From NCBI RefSeq assembly GCF_009914755.1, contig NC_060940.1: a DNA stretch of 64,000 nt, one strand, 5' to 3'. Shown here in pieces: positions 18,696 through 32,986 of this stretch. This DNA is from the human T2T-CHM13v2.0 reference genome, Homo sapiens. The notes below the pieces were generated by a model. That model ran no database searches and was not told the DNA's origin. It saw only the letters and a list, made by a program, of their open reading frames with translations. The stretch's first letter is position 1. Each line of letters opens with the position of its first letter. The position numbers and the translations under genes are program-made.

Positions 18696-19471
18696 AATAG
18701 ACACAAAATGGTACACGTATATTGAATAAATTAGGGTTATGGAAAAGGTCACATTTCTTTAGGAAGTTTGTAGAGGTGGTGACATTTAAGCAAACTGATA
18801 ACATAGGGGGATTTATTATAAATTTTCTCTCCAGTCGATGGGCATAGACATACTTCATCCCTTGCAGGCCCAGAATCCGAGATGTCTATTTTTGACTTGC
18901 TATATATAGAGAGAAGAAACAGTCCCTCTGAATGTGAAGTTACTCAGTATTTTTGGCTCTTTGGCTATTTTCAAGGTTCTTCATCTGGACTTAAAAACCA
19001 AATTAATAGGCGATCGTTTCCTCCCATCTTTTGCACAGACACTATTTTAGGAGAAGAAGATCTATCACCCACAGCATGTCAGTGAACGAAGGGGCTGTTT
19101 TTACTGTTCAATCAGGAATGAGCGTCCACAGCATCGTTGCTCACATACTCCAGTAATTCCCTACTGACCTGCATTTACTTTATTTAATTCCATTAATTTA
19201 AGCTAAATGAATTTTATTTTTAAAATGTGTCTGTGCAGAACTAAGCACAGAGAGCATATTTCTGTTTAACTCCTTTTGTTTGCAGCTTGAAAACCAATTT
19301 GGATCTTTTATTTTCTTTTCCCTTGGTTCTAAGCTTTGCTTGGTCAGTGTCTTCAGCACCTAATTTGACAATTAAATGTATTTCACAACCCACTGACACT
19401 GCTTCATTAGGTTCTCCAGGAGTCATCATTTCCCTGCAGCCTCATTCCAGTCATCTCTAATAGATGGTGTG

Positions 19472-19851
19472 TGTATTAGTCCATTGCTACACTGCTATGA
19501 AGAACTACCTGAGACTGTGTAATTTATAAAGAAAAGAGGTTTAATTGACTCAGAGTTTCACAGGCTGTATAGGAGGCATGGCTGGGAGGCCTCAGGAAAC
19601 TTACAATCATGGTGGAATGGCGAAGGGGAAGCAAGCACATCTTCACATGGTGGCAGGAGAGAGAGTGAAGAGGGAAGTTTTACAGACTTTTAAATAACCA
19701 GACCTCGTGAGAACTCATTCATTATCAGGAGAACAGCATGGGGGAAATCTGCACCCATCATTCAGTCACGTCCCACCAGCTCCCTCCTCCAACATTAAGA
19801 GTTATAATTCAACATGTGATTTGGGTGGGGACACAGAGCCAAACCATATCA
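19472..19851 (-). mobile_element. MSTA-like MaLR solo LTR
   Basis: tgtattagtcc...gccaaaccatatca; TSD gtgtg/gcatg (both derivable from gcgtg by CpG decay). Confidence 0.9.
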
Positions 19852-20094
19852 GCATGCCAATGAGGCTCTTCTGATGGGACAAGGAAACTGCCAGGCTCCT
19901 CTTGGTCTTGACTCTTGTGCCAGGAAAGAGTAGCTGGATTTCATCCCAATGCCGTTCACCCTGGGGAATACCTGGGTTAAGAGAGTTTGTATTTCTACTG
20001 ATGTCTCATCAAAGACCTTGCTATTTATGCTGTCCATATCGGTGTCTTTTGTAAACCGAAGTTGGAAAGAAATGTTTAAAAAGACCGTACAATG

Positions 20095-20350
20095 TAATAA
20101 TTACTAATTACTTGATAGCCAGCACTTAATAAATGCCTGACGCTGTGCTCTGTGCCTCACAGGTATTAACTAAATTGTATCCTGAGAGAAACCTGTGAAA
20201 GGTGTACTGTTGTTTCTATGTTAAAGATGAGGAGAGTGAGGCTTAAGGAGAGTAAGTAATCTGGCCAGGCCACTTACCTAAGAAGTGGTGGAGTTGGACT
20301 CACACCCAAATAGTCTGATCTCCAAACTTTGCTTGACCACATCCTGTAGC
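20095..20350 (-). mobile_element. MIR
   Basis: agatgaggagagtgaggctt..aagtaatctggcc reverse core. Confidence 0.6.
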
Positions 20351-21879
20351 CTCTTGGTTTCATGGCATAGGGCTGGATGCTGTGTGCTTTGCTAGTCAAT
20401 TTTAGTAAAGACTTTAGACATTGTTTGGTAGTGGACTGGGATCCTCAGGAGTTAATCACTTTTACTGTTTTTAAGTTACCCCGGGATTTATCAAATAAAT
20501 CGAATTACTTACAGTTCTTCCTCTAGCTATAACTTATTTGAACCCTCTGAGTTGGGGTTGGCGTTGTTTGGTCACAGATGAGGAGGGCAAAGTCAAGAGG
20601 CAGATGTTCGGGCTTTCCATAGACATTTCCTGAGCCTGTATAAGAGCCTCACCATGCATATAAGCAATGCAGTGGTTACTGAGACATGCATAATGCTACT
20701 AGGACATTATGCATGATAAGTGTTTTTTCTGTGTGTGCTCACCACTGTACCTGAGTATTCTTAACATTGTGCATGGTACTTTGTTAGTTATCTGCAATAT
20801 CATATGTGCTGAATTTTGCAACTCATAATATGGACAGTTGATGATTTAGTGTATGACATCTTCCTTTTGCATTGTCACTGCTAGTGGCTTGAAGTTCTGC
20901 ACCCTTAGAATAGCCTGGTTTTCTGTGGGTGTGAGAGATGTCCTGGAAACTGACCCCAGTTGAAAATCAATCTAGCCTGTTTTTGTAGGACAACTCTGTT
21001 GTGAAAACCTATGCACTCAAGGGCAGCTGGATCCCACTTGAGCATGCCGATGGCCCCTTGCAGTTTGAAGTTTGTGTTGTCATGAGGTCAGTTGCATACA
21101 GGCAGTGATGATGAGACTACAGGACAGGCAGGGCAGATAGCACATCCTTCGGCCTCTGATGAAAGATGCAAATGGAAACTGCAGTCAGGAAGGTATAATC
21201 AAACACCATCCACCCATGTTAATGCAGATTGTCAGGACGGCCAACCTCTCCTTTCCCCAGGAGTGTCACAGGCATGATTAACGTGCTCTGAGTTCAGCAG
21301 AAACCACTGTGGCTCTTACCCCGGGCTGTGCCTTAGCTCAGGCCTAGGTGAAATGCCTGGGCAAGTGATGGGATTGTCGAGGAATGTGGAACATCCCCTG
21401 CTTCCCTTCTGCCCCTTTCCTCATGCCTCCTGAGCTGCCCCAGTCATCCAACCTGCAGTTTGGGTACAGGGAAGTGTTGACTGGAGTTCAGTGCAATATA
21501 CCCTTCCTGATTTCTTGACAAATTGTTTCCCCGAACCACTATTCTCTCCTGTGTGGCTCAGAACTACTTCTAGTTGCTAAGCAACCCACAAGCAGCTGTA
21601 GCCCACAATATCTTCTAGAGGGGTAGACATATTATTTGGGATACTTCTCCAGTCTCATCTTTCCCTGGGAGATGTCCCTTCCCAAGCTCTGGCCTTCCAC
21701 ATTACAAACACACCTGAATGAACCAAGGTGAGCATCCGACCCAGGGATGCAGCTCAGATGGGATGCAGAAAGCTGGGCCAATTTGATATCCTCTTTAAAA
21801 TTTCAATGAAAATGCAAAAACAATACTCAGAAGGTCTTAAACTGAAATACTGTGTAGACTTGGGACTTAGGTGGCCATT

Positions 21880-22127
21880 AGTCTTACTCTGTCACCCAGG
21901 CTGGAGTGCCTCAGCTCACTGCAACTTCCTTCTCCTGGGTTCAAGCAATCCTCCTGCCTCAGCCTCCTGAGTAGCTGGGACTACAGGCATGCACCACCAT
22001 GCCTGGCTAATTTTTGTATTTTTAGTAGAGACGGGGCTTCACCATGTTGGCCAGGCTGGTCTTGAACTCTTGACCTCGTGATTCGTCCGCCTCAGCCTCC
22101 CAAAGTGCTGGGATTACAGGCGTGAGC
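21880..22127 (-). mobile_element. Alu (AluS-like) lacking poly(A) tail, with 14-bp TSD
   Basis: cttaggtggccatt at 21866-21879 and 22128-22141; no T run. Confidence 0.9.
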
Positions 22128-22426
22128 CTTAGGTGGCCATTTCTAAATATACATGTATTGATGAGTAAGCAGAGAAAGGTGTGGTACATGGCATGAAATA
22201 GGATATTGAAGAGAAAATAAAGAAGATGGGGCCTGTGGGATGGGAGAAGATGGAGAGAGTAGTACTCATCTATGTCTGCAAGGTAGCTGGGCTTAACCAA
22301 GCTTATAATTTGTCCAGGGGAATCTGGGTACCTGCCAGGAGGTGGTTTCTGTTCTGGCCTATGGTATTTAGGCTGAGAAATTAGGAAAGAGACTATATGA
22401 CAAGGGTAGTAAAGACTAAAAGGATT

Positions 22427-22770
<344 letters not shown>

Positions 22771-23245
22771 TCAAGTGCAACAGTGAACAGTATGGATGAG
22801 CTGGGAGAATAGAAGGCAATGCTCTAAGAATGGATGCTTGATATTCAGAGCTGGAGAGAGGGTCTAGGCTGCGTCTGTGGAGTGTATGGCTGAGGTGGAG
22901 TTGGAAGCAAACATGATTGGAGTCAGTGATGAGAAAGACAAGGGAGACCAGGATGTTGAGTGCACCGTCCAAGAGTGATGACCAGAGTCATGGCGGACGG
23001 AGAGGCAGTGAGCCCAGTGCCGTTGCTCTCATTGAGGAGGATGAGGGAACATGCCCTGGGGGGTGGTGAGTGGATGGCAGCTGTATGAGGGATGGGGCTA
23101 ATAATGTCTAATGCCGCTGATCTCAAGTGAGCCAGGGTTCTAAGGGAGGCAGGTGAAGAGAGAGTTGTAAGTATCTCTGGGGAACAAATAGGACCCAGAC
23201 ATCCTAAGGGAACGAGCTCTCTCCTGTGTACATAGCTTCCCCTAA

Positions 23246-23624
<379 letters not shown>

Positions 23625-24182
23625 AGCTTCATTTTCTCTTATTTCTGACTGTCTGTCTTCACGTAGCCAGGATATAGCCCATGTTTTACGTCTCACAGCT
23701 TTAGCCCTTGAAGAGAGATGGACTAAACACTCTCTGTCTCATCCCAAGTCTGGGGAAGACAGTCCTTCTCTATTGAATTGGATGCTTATCTCTGACTCAG
23801 GCAGCAGTGGTCAGCGTGGCGGGAGGGTCTTCCTAATTTGCTATTAGGATGAATTCCTAGCAAGATATTATGGAATGACAATTCCACATGCCTGTGAGAG
23901 TCACTTTCTAAAGATTGCTCTGAGGAATTCATAGGCTTTGTTTCCAAGCTTTTAATTCTTCCAAGCCCTTAACTCTCAGTATCTAACAACCTTCCCTCAC
24001 AGGCTGCCGGGTGATAGAAAGGGTCATTGACGTCCAGCCCTTCAGCAGCCAGTGAGAATAGCAGGGGACAGAGCTTGACTTAGTGGTAGCTTCTCAGAAA
24101 AATTCCTGGGTGGGACTTTGGTGCTTAAAGGGGGACACATCCACTCGAATGTTTGTCTTTCTGGTTAGAAATAAACACTGTT

Positions 24183-24523
<341 letters not shown>

Positions 24524-24775
24524 TTAAAACTGCCTAACACACCTTCTCTTCAGGTATGCAGAAGTCGCCAGAAACAAGTGTTTTGTGATATCAGTCTCCC
24601 TGTCTTTTCTCTTTGTAATTCCCAACAATTGAGGCTGTATTTCTAGGAAGTGCTTTGAAAGACAGCGTCCCCTTCTCTTGTCCTGCCGTCATTGGTCAAA
24701 ACATTTTGGGGAATTGCAAGGGAGTAGTCAGATTCATCTTTTAACAGAAGAATATGAAAACCTTGGAATATGATA

Positions 24776-24846
24776 TCAGTTTGGTGCAAAAATGATTGTG
24801 TGTTTGCCATGCGAAAGTAACCGCAATTACTTTTGCACCAACTTAA
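24776..24846. mobile_element. MADE1 (Hsmar1-derived MITE)
   Basis: Palindromic ttggtgcaaaa...ttttgcaccaa; TA on both sides (24774-75, 24847-48). Confidence 0.9.
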
Positions 24847-25634
24847 TAAAAATGTATCTTTCTGAGTCCCACCCTGAGACATTCTGATGTGAAAGTGAGT
24901 ACCAGGAATCTGTACTTGGAGCCAGGGTCTGGAAATTCAGCAGGACCCACTTTGGAAATATTGCTTTAATACTTTATTAGAATGGAACTTGGAAAACAGT
25001 TCCCAGCCCCCAGTTTTCCCTGAACACCTACTGCCTGTTTTTCACATAGGCCTGGGTGAGCTATTGTATCCCTTCCATGTATATGAAGGAAGCATATTCC
25101 TTTCCGGCTGAATCTTGGCCATCTCAAAGGTGTGAAGATTTCTTTCCTCCCTTGTTTTCCTCCCTTTCTTCCTGTAGGATTCCTGCGTGCTATCTCTCAC
25201 GTTCATTCTCTTTTCCCTACTACTACAAGCAAAGCAAACACAAAGTAAACTAAAATGCCCCTTGTTTTATAAAAATATTTCTTCTGTTGCTCATTTTCCC
25301 ATCCCCCCCATCCTGGCCAAGCATGCCTTGTTTAGGAGGTTTTGCATTGTTTTGATTTCTCCTTGTGAAGCATTTATCCCCAGAAACTCTCTAGTACACA
25401 AGGACCTTCCTGAAAATCTCTCAAGGATGTGAGCAGGAGCCTTAACAATACTTGAAAATACCCAGTGTGCTCTGTAACTTCTCTCCCACTGGTAAACGAT
25501 GTCCTCACAAGCTCATTGATGAGAGTCTCTAAGATGTACTTGTTACCAAGGATGCAATTTTAATCAGTGATTTATAAAACTGAAATGATAGAGAAAAATG
25601 CTCTTTCATTTACTAAGTCATTCTTTAATTTGTT

Positions 25635-25790
25635 CATCCAGCCATCTTTCCATCTGTCCATCTACCCATCTACCCATCTACCCACAATCTACCTGCCAGC
25701 CTACCTATCCATTTACCCATCTCTCCATCTAGCTATCCATTCATCCATGCACCCATCCATCCATCCATCCATCCATCCCTCCATCCATGC
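25635..25790. repeat. Degenerate (CCAT)n repeat
   Basis: Direct reading; abuts an L2-like tail. Confidence 0.85.
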
Positions 25791-26236
25791 ACTCATTCAA
25801 TTAACATTTATTGAATCCCCATTTATGTTCTACAGTAGAGCCAAAAGTGATGATTTGAACAGTGTTAGTACTCAGGAAGGCCACTGTCTTGGTGATAGGG
25901 ATATATAAATATATATGTGTATATGAACAGATATTGTATAATGTAGTGGCCCTAAGCACAGAGTCACTGATATTCACAAAGCATAATGTGAAATGAGGAA
26001 GTTATTCTTGTCACGCACTGCATCCTCATCGATTGCTGTCCTGTTGTGAACCACGGTTGAAGTCAGGTGTGTTTCTTTACTTGGTTTTGTCAGTGTGCAC
26101 TGGGCAGGTTGTAAATACCACAAGAGCAGGAACAGTGTCTGCTTAATTGAATATGCTCTCCCCAGGACCCGGCACAATGCCTGGCACATGGTGGACGCCC
26201 AAGGGCTCCAAAAGCCAATGTTCCAAGCAGAAGGTT

Positions 26237-26599
26237 TGACATGGTTTGGCTGTGACCCCACCCAAATCTCATCTTGAATTGTAACTTCCACAATTCCTAC
26301 GGGTCATGGGAGGGAACCCGTGGGAGGGAATTGAATCATGGGAGTGGGTCTTTCTCATGCTGTTCTTGTGATAATGAATAAGTCTCATGAGATCTGATGG
26401 TTTTATAAAGAGAAGTTTCCCTGCACAAGCTCTCTCTCTTTGCCTGCTGCCATCCATGTAAGACGTGACTTATTCCTCTTTGCCTTCTGCCATGATTGTG
26501 AGGCCTCCCCAGCCATGTGGAACTGTAAGTCCATTAAACCTTTTTTTTTTCCTAGTCTTGGGTATGTCTTTATCAGCAGGGTTAAAATGGACTAATACA
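26237..26599 (+). mobile_element. THE1A/B solo LTR
   Basis: tgacatggtttggctgtg..ccatccatgtaagacgtgac..ggactaataca. Confidence 0.9.
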
Positions 26600-27132
26600 A
26601 GGCACAATAAGAAGAAAAGGCCAAAGAGGCCAAAATGCAGAGTCTGTGTGGCTGAGGAGAGAAAGAAAGGTATAGGGAGGCAGGGGAGGAACCAAAACTG
26701 CTTTTGTTAGTGGGTAAAATGCAGAGATGACCTTCTGAAGGGCTGGGGCTTGGTTCTGTGTGAGAACAGGGAGTCACACACAGGTTTGAAGCAGAAAAAT
26801 GGAACGGCCAGGTTTTCGTTTTCTATGGGTTCCTCTGAAGGCTGAGTGGAGAATGGATTTGAGGGAGAGTAAAACTGATGGAGGGGAGGGTGGCAGAAGT
26901 CAGGAAGCTGTTTTAAGTATTCCAGGCAGGAGATGATGAGACCCTGTTGAGGTGGAAACAGAGAGGAGAGATGTGTGGGAGGCATTCATGGCCCAGGCAG
27001 AAGGAGAGTAATGCAGAATGACTTCTAGATGTTAGACTTGGGATGATGGGAGGATGCAAGTGGATCAGCAGGGAACATGAGAATAAGAGAGAACAGACTG
27101 CAGAAATAATAAGTTTAGCCTGAGATTTTCTT

Positions 27133-27229
27133 CCTTTTTTTTATATATATAATTTTTTATTATACTTTAAGTTGTAGGGTACATGTGGTCAACGTGCAGG
27201 TTTGTTACATATGTATACGTGTGCCATGA
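27133..27229 (-). mobile_element. Extremely 5'-truncated L1PA (~95 bp including tail)
   Basis: ttattatactttaagttgtagggtacatgtg..gtgccatg; TSD agattttctt at 27123-27132 and 27230-27239. Confidence 0.85.
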
Positions 27230-27463
27230 AGATTTTCTTTTAGAGACTTTTGAGAATATCACAGGGAGACATCTGGTCAACTATTGCCTTTATGCATCTA
27301 AAGCTCAGAGAAAAACTCTCTCAGTTGAGGTTATTGCGTTGAGATCAACAATGTGGTGTGGTTTAACTCATGATTATAGTCAGTTCCTGCAAAGAGTTGG
27401 TATAGAATGAGACAAGCCAAGGATAAAGTGGGAACCAGGGAAGCTTATTAACCTTGCCTCTGA

Positions 27464-27784
<321 letters not shown>

Positions 27785-27859
27785 ATCTCTGAACTCTTTA
27801 AAGGTGAGGCTCATTTGATTCAGCATCCCTGTTAACTATACACAGAGTAGGTCCTTTCA

Positions 27860-28208
27860 CTTTTTTAAATTTTTTTTTTTATTTTTTAGGGATAGGGTCT
27901 CTGTTTGTCATTCAGACTGGAGCGCACTGGCGTGATTATAGCTCACTTCAGCCTTCAACTTCTGGGCTCAAGCAATCCTCCCACCTCAACCTCTCAAGTA
28001 GCCAGGAATACATGCACGTGCCACCTAATGTTTAAATTAATTTAAAAACTGATTTTAATTTTTAAGCCTAGTTAATTTTCAAATTATTCATTAGAGCCAG
28101 GGTCTTGTCATGTTGCCCAGGCTGGTCTAGAACTTCTGGGCCCAAGCAGTCCTCCTGCTTAGCTTCCCAAAGTGCTGGGATGACAGGTGTGAGCCACCAC
28201 ACCTGGCC
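27860..28208 (-). mobile_element. Alu (AluJo-like) with expanded AT linker
   Basis: Diverged reverse dimer; TSD agtaggt(c/g)cttt. Confidence 0.85.
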
Positions 28209-28499
28209 AGTAGGTGCTTTTAAAAATATTATTGGTTGCTGGAGTATTGGTCAAAAGTTTTAAGATTCCCATTGCATCTTCAAAAGGTAGAGAATTTGGT
28301 TTAAATCACTTCATTGTTTTCGGAAAAATATAGATTTTAAACTTAAAAAAATTTCTCATGTAAGGGACATTCAAGTAACATAGAAGGGACCAGGAGTTTG
28401 GAGTATGTTATTTATTTACTCAATATATATGTATCAATGCCTTCTGTATTCAAGTGATGAATGTGGGACCCTAGGGGGCAGTGCTGGCTGGGAATTATG

Positions 28500-28650
28500 G
28501 CCAATGACTTAAACAATTACTTACAGATCCTTGGTTTCTTCATCTGTAAAATGGGAATAAGAACATCTACTTTTTAGGATTACTATTCTAATTAATTTAA
28601 GTTAATATAGATTAAATAGAGTTAGTTATATTTACTATAAATGTTATTCT
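28500..28650 (+). mobile_element. MIR fragment
   Basis: tttcttcatctgtaaaatggg core. Confidence 0.6.
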
Positions 28651-30020
28651 AAATCATTTTATTTATTTAGTGTCTGCATTATAATAAGGGCTGAAAGAAA
28701 ACCAAAGAGAGAGGTGTCCTGATGCAATTATGATTACATTACCTTTGCTTGTCAGCCACATAGCGCTCTTTTTACTGAGACCTAAAAGTGTTTGGATTTC
28801 CCAAACCATTGCCAAACTGGTAGGTGAGGAGCCTCTGTCTAGCATACTAATAAGCTAAGGTTTGTGTTTTGCCTGTACTTTTCATTTTCCAGGAATGAAA
28901 AATACATTTTCACTCTTTGTCATTTTAATGAAATCAAGTCTAGGGAAACATGAAACGCAAGTCACATTCCTTTTCAACGGGAAAACTTCGAAAACCGCAC
29001 ACCAGATTGCGAACTGTTAAAATTCATTCATTAAAAGTTCATGGTCTATTGGACTTTTTTTCCTTCAAGCGTTGCATTATGTACATTTCCTATCTGTGTT
29101 TGTGTGACAGATTGTCTAACAGATTTCTTGTACGGTGGAGTTACAGAGTCTGCCAGAAAGGCCTAGTTTGGAACCTGTGGCCATCGGTGAAAGGGATTTG
29201 GAAATGCCATCTTGTTAGCTACCGGATAATTTAGTAATCATGGCCTAACAGATCCCTCAAGACCAACAATTACATACCTGTTTGAAGCTAATTGGACTAT
29301 ACAGAAATGGGAGTTATATGAATTATATGTTATAAAAATGAGGTAGGCGTTAAGTGGACTGATATTACATTCTGAAACCTAGAATGACTTTCAATCATTT
29401 TAGTGCACAGGCTTAGAGTAGCCAGGATGCTTGGCGGAGGTTGTCTGTCATATCAGAGTGCCTGTTTTTAGACCGTGTGCTAATTCTGTGTGTCGCTATA
29501 TGCATATGAATGCATACTGTGTATCTCTACGTGCGCGGACAAATCACATATTTGTTTACCCTTAAAGTTTGCTGATAACAAGCGTTAAAAATTAGAATTC
29601 ATAATCCAGATTTTGAAAGCCGCCTGTATGCCACACCAAATGCTGCTGAAGAGTTATGGGAGGGCTTTTATTTTTAGCACTCAGTAAATTAAACCTTTTA
29701 TTCATCATTCCCAAAGAAGAGAACATCCGTTCTTATTAATTTAAGGAAGGGGAAAGACAGCCGTCCAATCGGAGTGAACCTGTGTGTTAGGACTTGTTCA
29801 AGGGAGTGACATCACACACGCTGTCATCCTTACATCAGTTAATTAATTATCTGTGTTACAATAACAAGATATTTCAGACAAGAGTCTCTCTCTCTCTCAT
29901 AATAACTTTAAGCATGGTAGTTAGAGTGTTGAGTTCTGGTTGCAAAGACATTTCCCTTAATTCAATGCATTTTCTCTGAATAATTCATGTTTGTTCGTTT
30001 GGTTTTTTTATAACATATAA

Positions 30021-30364
<344 letters not shown>

Positions 30365-30585
30365 AGGCATTTTTCAACCACAGCAGTTTTGACATTTCGG
30401 GCTAGATGAATTTATTTTAGGTATGGACATTTCTGTGTATCACAGAATGTTTAGCAGCATTCCTAGACTTTACCTGCCCATAGCACCCTGTGCAGTTGTG
30501 ACAACCAAAAAATCTCTAGATGTTTCTTTTTCCCCCTAAATGTCACCTGGAGGACAAAATCACCCCTGATTGAGAACCCATGCTG
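30365..30585. mobile_element. MER20
   Basis: gaatgtttagcagcat..gttgtgacaaccaaaaa..aaaatcacccctgattgagaacc. Confidence 0.8.
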
Positions 30586-32074
30586 TCTACTCATGAGACT
30601 GTCATTTAGGATATCATCAATTGAAAAAATGTTAAAATGAAAGTATATGTGCTTCAGTTGTATTCATCCTGCAGTATTTTTTTGTGCCTTCAGCCACCTT
30701 ATCCTATTAAACATTTTCCAAATGTAAGGTACATATGTAGCCACTATTTTTGTACTGGTTCTAGACAATATATTTCATTTTGAGTTGAGAGATAGCAGCC
30801 ATTTTCAGTCATTTTAAATTTGATTAAGATTTAATGAGAAGAGAAAAAAGGCATACATTTTCGTAAACTAATTTCAGCAGATGTGTGGATGCTTTTATAT
30901 AAACCTACATTGAAAAAGAAGGTAGCAGTTATCATTAGGACAGAAAGACATAAAGTCCTATATTTCTGCCATTGTAAGTATATGTACATCATACAGGTCT
31001 GGAATAAAAAAATGTAAAGTGTTTCTATGACCCTTCGCTAATCACAGAGGACCAAGGAGGAGAGAGGAATGGAGACTTTGGAACAGGTCAAGTGCTGCAC
31101 ATAGCATAATATAGCTTCCCTAGATGGCTCTGTATTAAAATCTCAGAATTAAGTTATTCTGTCATCGACTCATTCCGAAAGAAATCATGCTTGCTCGTTT
31201 CTCATGTCTACCCTTACTGCCTTCTGTGGGGCATCCAGATGTTTCAAAGGTCTGAAATGTAACAATTATGTTGCAGGAATTGCAGTGGCTTTGTTTCGGG
31301 GTAGAACACTCCAGGCTGTGAGTTTCTTTGGAAGGCAGGCTTCTGATTAGGTGTTGCCAAAGGCTCTGCCTAAACGTTTGTTTTCTGTTGATGGAGTCTA
31401 AGAGCTGAGTGGTTTTATTTTCCTAGAAACAGCTGCTTCCTTTCAGTTGGCTGAATCGGAGGATTTATTCCCCTTTTCCACTGCACACAGAGCCTTATGA
31501 TGGGCACTGGGATGTGGAAGGAGTGGTATCAAAGGAAAAGTCATCTTGTCTTTCAGTGTTTAGCGTCAACACTGGGGTAAATCTCTAACGTTGCATTCTG
31601 GAGTGCTGTTTAAGAGTGTTTTTATTTTCTTTGAATTCAAGCATACTGGAAAGAAGGGGTACCTGGTGGCCCATATTTTATTAGCAACGTACTGCAGCCT
31701 CCCATCAGGTTCTTGCTAATGAAGGTGGCATGGCCCCACTGCCCCCTGAATCTGCAGGAAAGTGGATATGAGAGGCAGTATTCAGGAAGATTTTGAAAAG
31801 GATGTTTTCCCTTCATTTCTCCAGATGCTGTAAAACTTCATGCTGGATGATGCCAGGTCAGGAGAGAGCTGTGTGCATGGAGTGGATTGCGTTAGTTCCC
31901 TGCTAGAATTGCTTTTATTGGATTGCAATTTGGGGTAATATTAGGAGCCCATCTTTAAGGAGATAGTAAGAAACAGGCATGCCTTTTGTGCCTCTTTGAG
32001 GAGGTGGTGGGGATATGTACATCTCAGGTCCTCTGGCATGGTGACTATAAATCCTGGCTTCCCTGTGTTTCAGA

Positions 32075-32270
32075 ACACCTGGATCCAAATCCCAGCTCTG
32101 CTTTTTTACCTAAGTATTTTTTGACTCCTATAAGCATTTGCTTCCTCATCTATAATATGAGGGAAATAATAGCTCCCACATCACGAGTTGTGAAGCTCCC
32201 GATAAAGAGAGTGGGTTAGTCACTTACCTGCACTGAATGTTCAAAAATTGTCACTATCCTGCTTGTTACA
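32075..32270 (+). mobile_element. MIR
   Basis: caaatcccagctctgc..ttcctcatctataa. Confidence 0.6.
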
Positions 32271-32649
32271 TGATAAAACCTCCGTTTGCTCCAGCCTTAA
32301 GGAATAACTGTGCTAATTTTATTGGTTATTTATTGGTTTATTTTCACAATATAGGTACCTGGAATGGTGGATATCAACCATAAGATTTCCTTCCATGCCG
32401 ATTGGTAGGAAAGCCAGCAGGAAATGTTGGCCTCTACCCAGCCAACATGGAGTGCTTTGAGGTTTGTGTGTGGGTATTAACTTCATTCCTGGCTTCAGTA
32501 TGTTTCCAACCCCTGTTTCCATTTCTTTACTTTTATCACCTCTTAACAAGATAGATAAATAAATCTGTTTTATGCTGCTGTATTGTGTTTGTCAATGTGA
32601 AGCAAATTAATCCTTTCTTGACCTGTGGTGGTGGCAGGGGAATAAATTT

Positions 32650-32829
32650 TATATATATATACATATATATATGTATATATATATATACATATACATATAT
32701 ATATGTATATATATATACATATATATATATACATGTATATATATATATACATATATATATGTATATACATATATATATATGTATATATATATGTATATAT
32801 ATATACATATATATACATATATATATATG
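32650..32829. repeat. Interrupted (TA)n repeat with TACA/TATG variants, ~180 bp
   Basis: Direct reading. Confidence 0.97.
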
Positions 32830-32869
32830 TCTCCTCTGAAATATTGATCTTCTCTTCTTCTTTATAACC

Positions 32870-32986
32870 CCTGAATAACAGGAGCCACAAACTCAAACAT
32901 CTAAGCAGATAGCATCAATGAGAAAAATGGGCCCAGTTTAAGACAATAGGGATTAGTGGGTACTGCCATAAATAGACAGGATATTT
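32870..32986 (+). repeat. Direct repeat copy 1 (MER102-like terminal fragment)
   Basis: 106/117 identical to 34532-34648, no indels; caggagccacaaactcaaa..taagacaataggga resembles the hAT MER102 end. Confidence 0.9.

Noticed and set aside
32536-32896. YI/IY-repeat ORFs
   Set aside because: Artefact of the TA repeat
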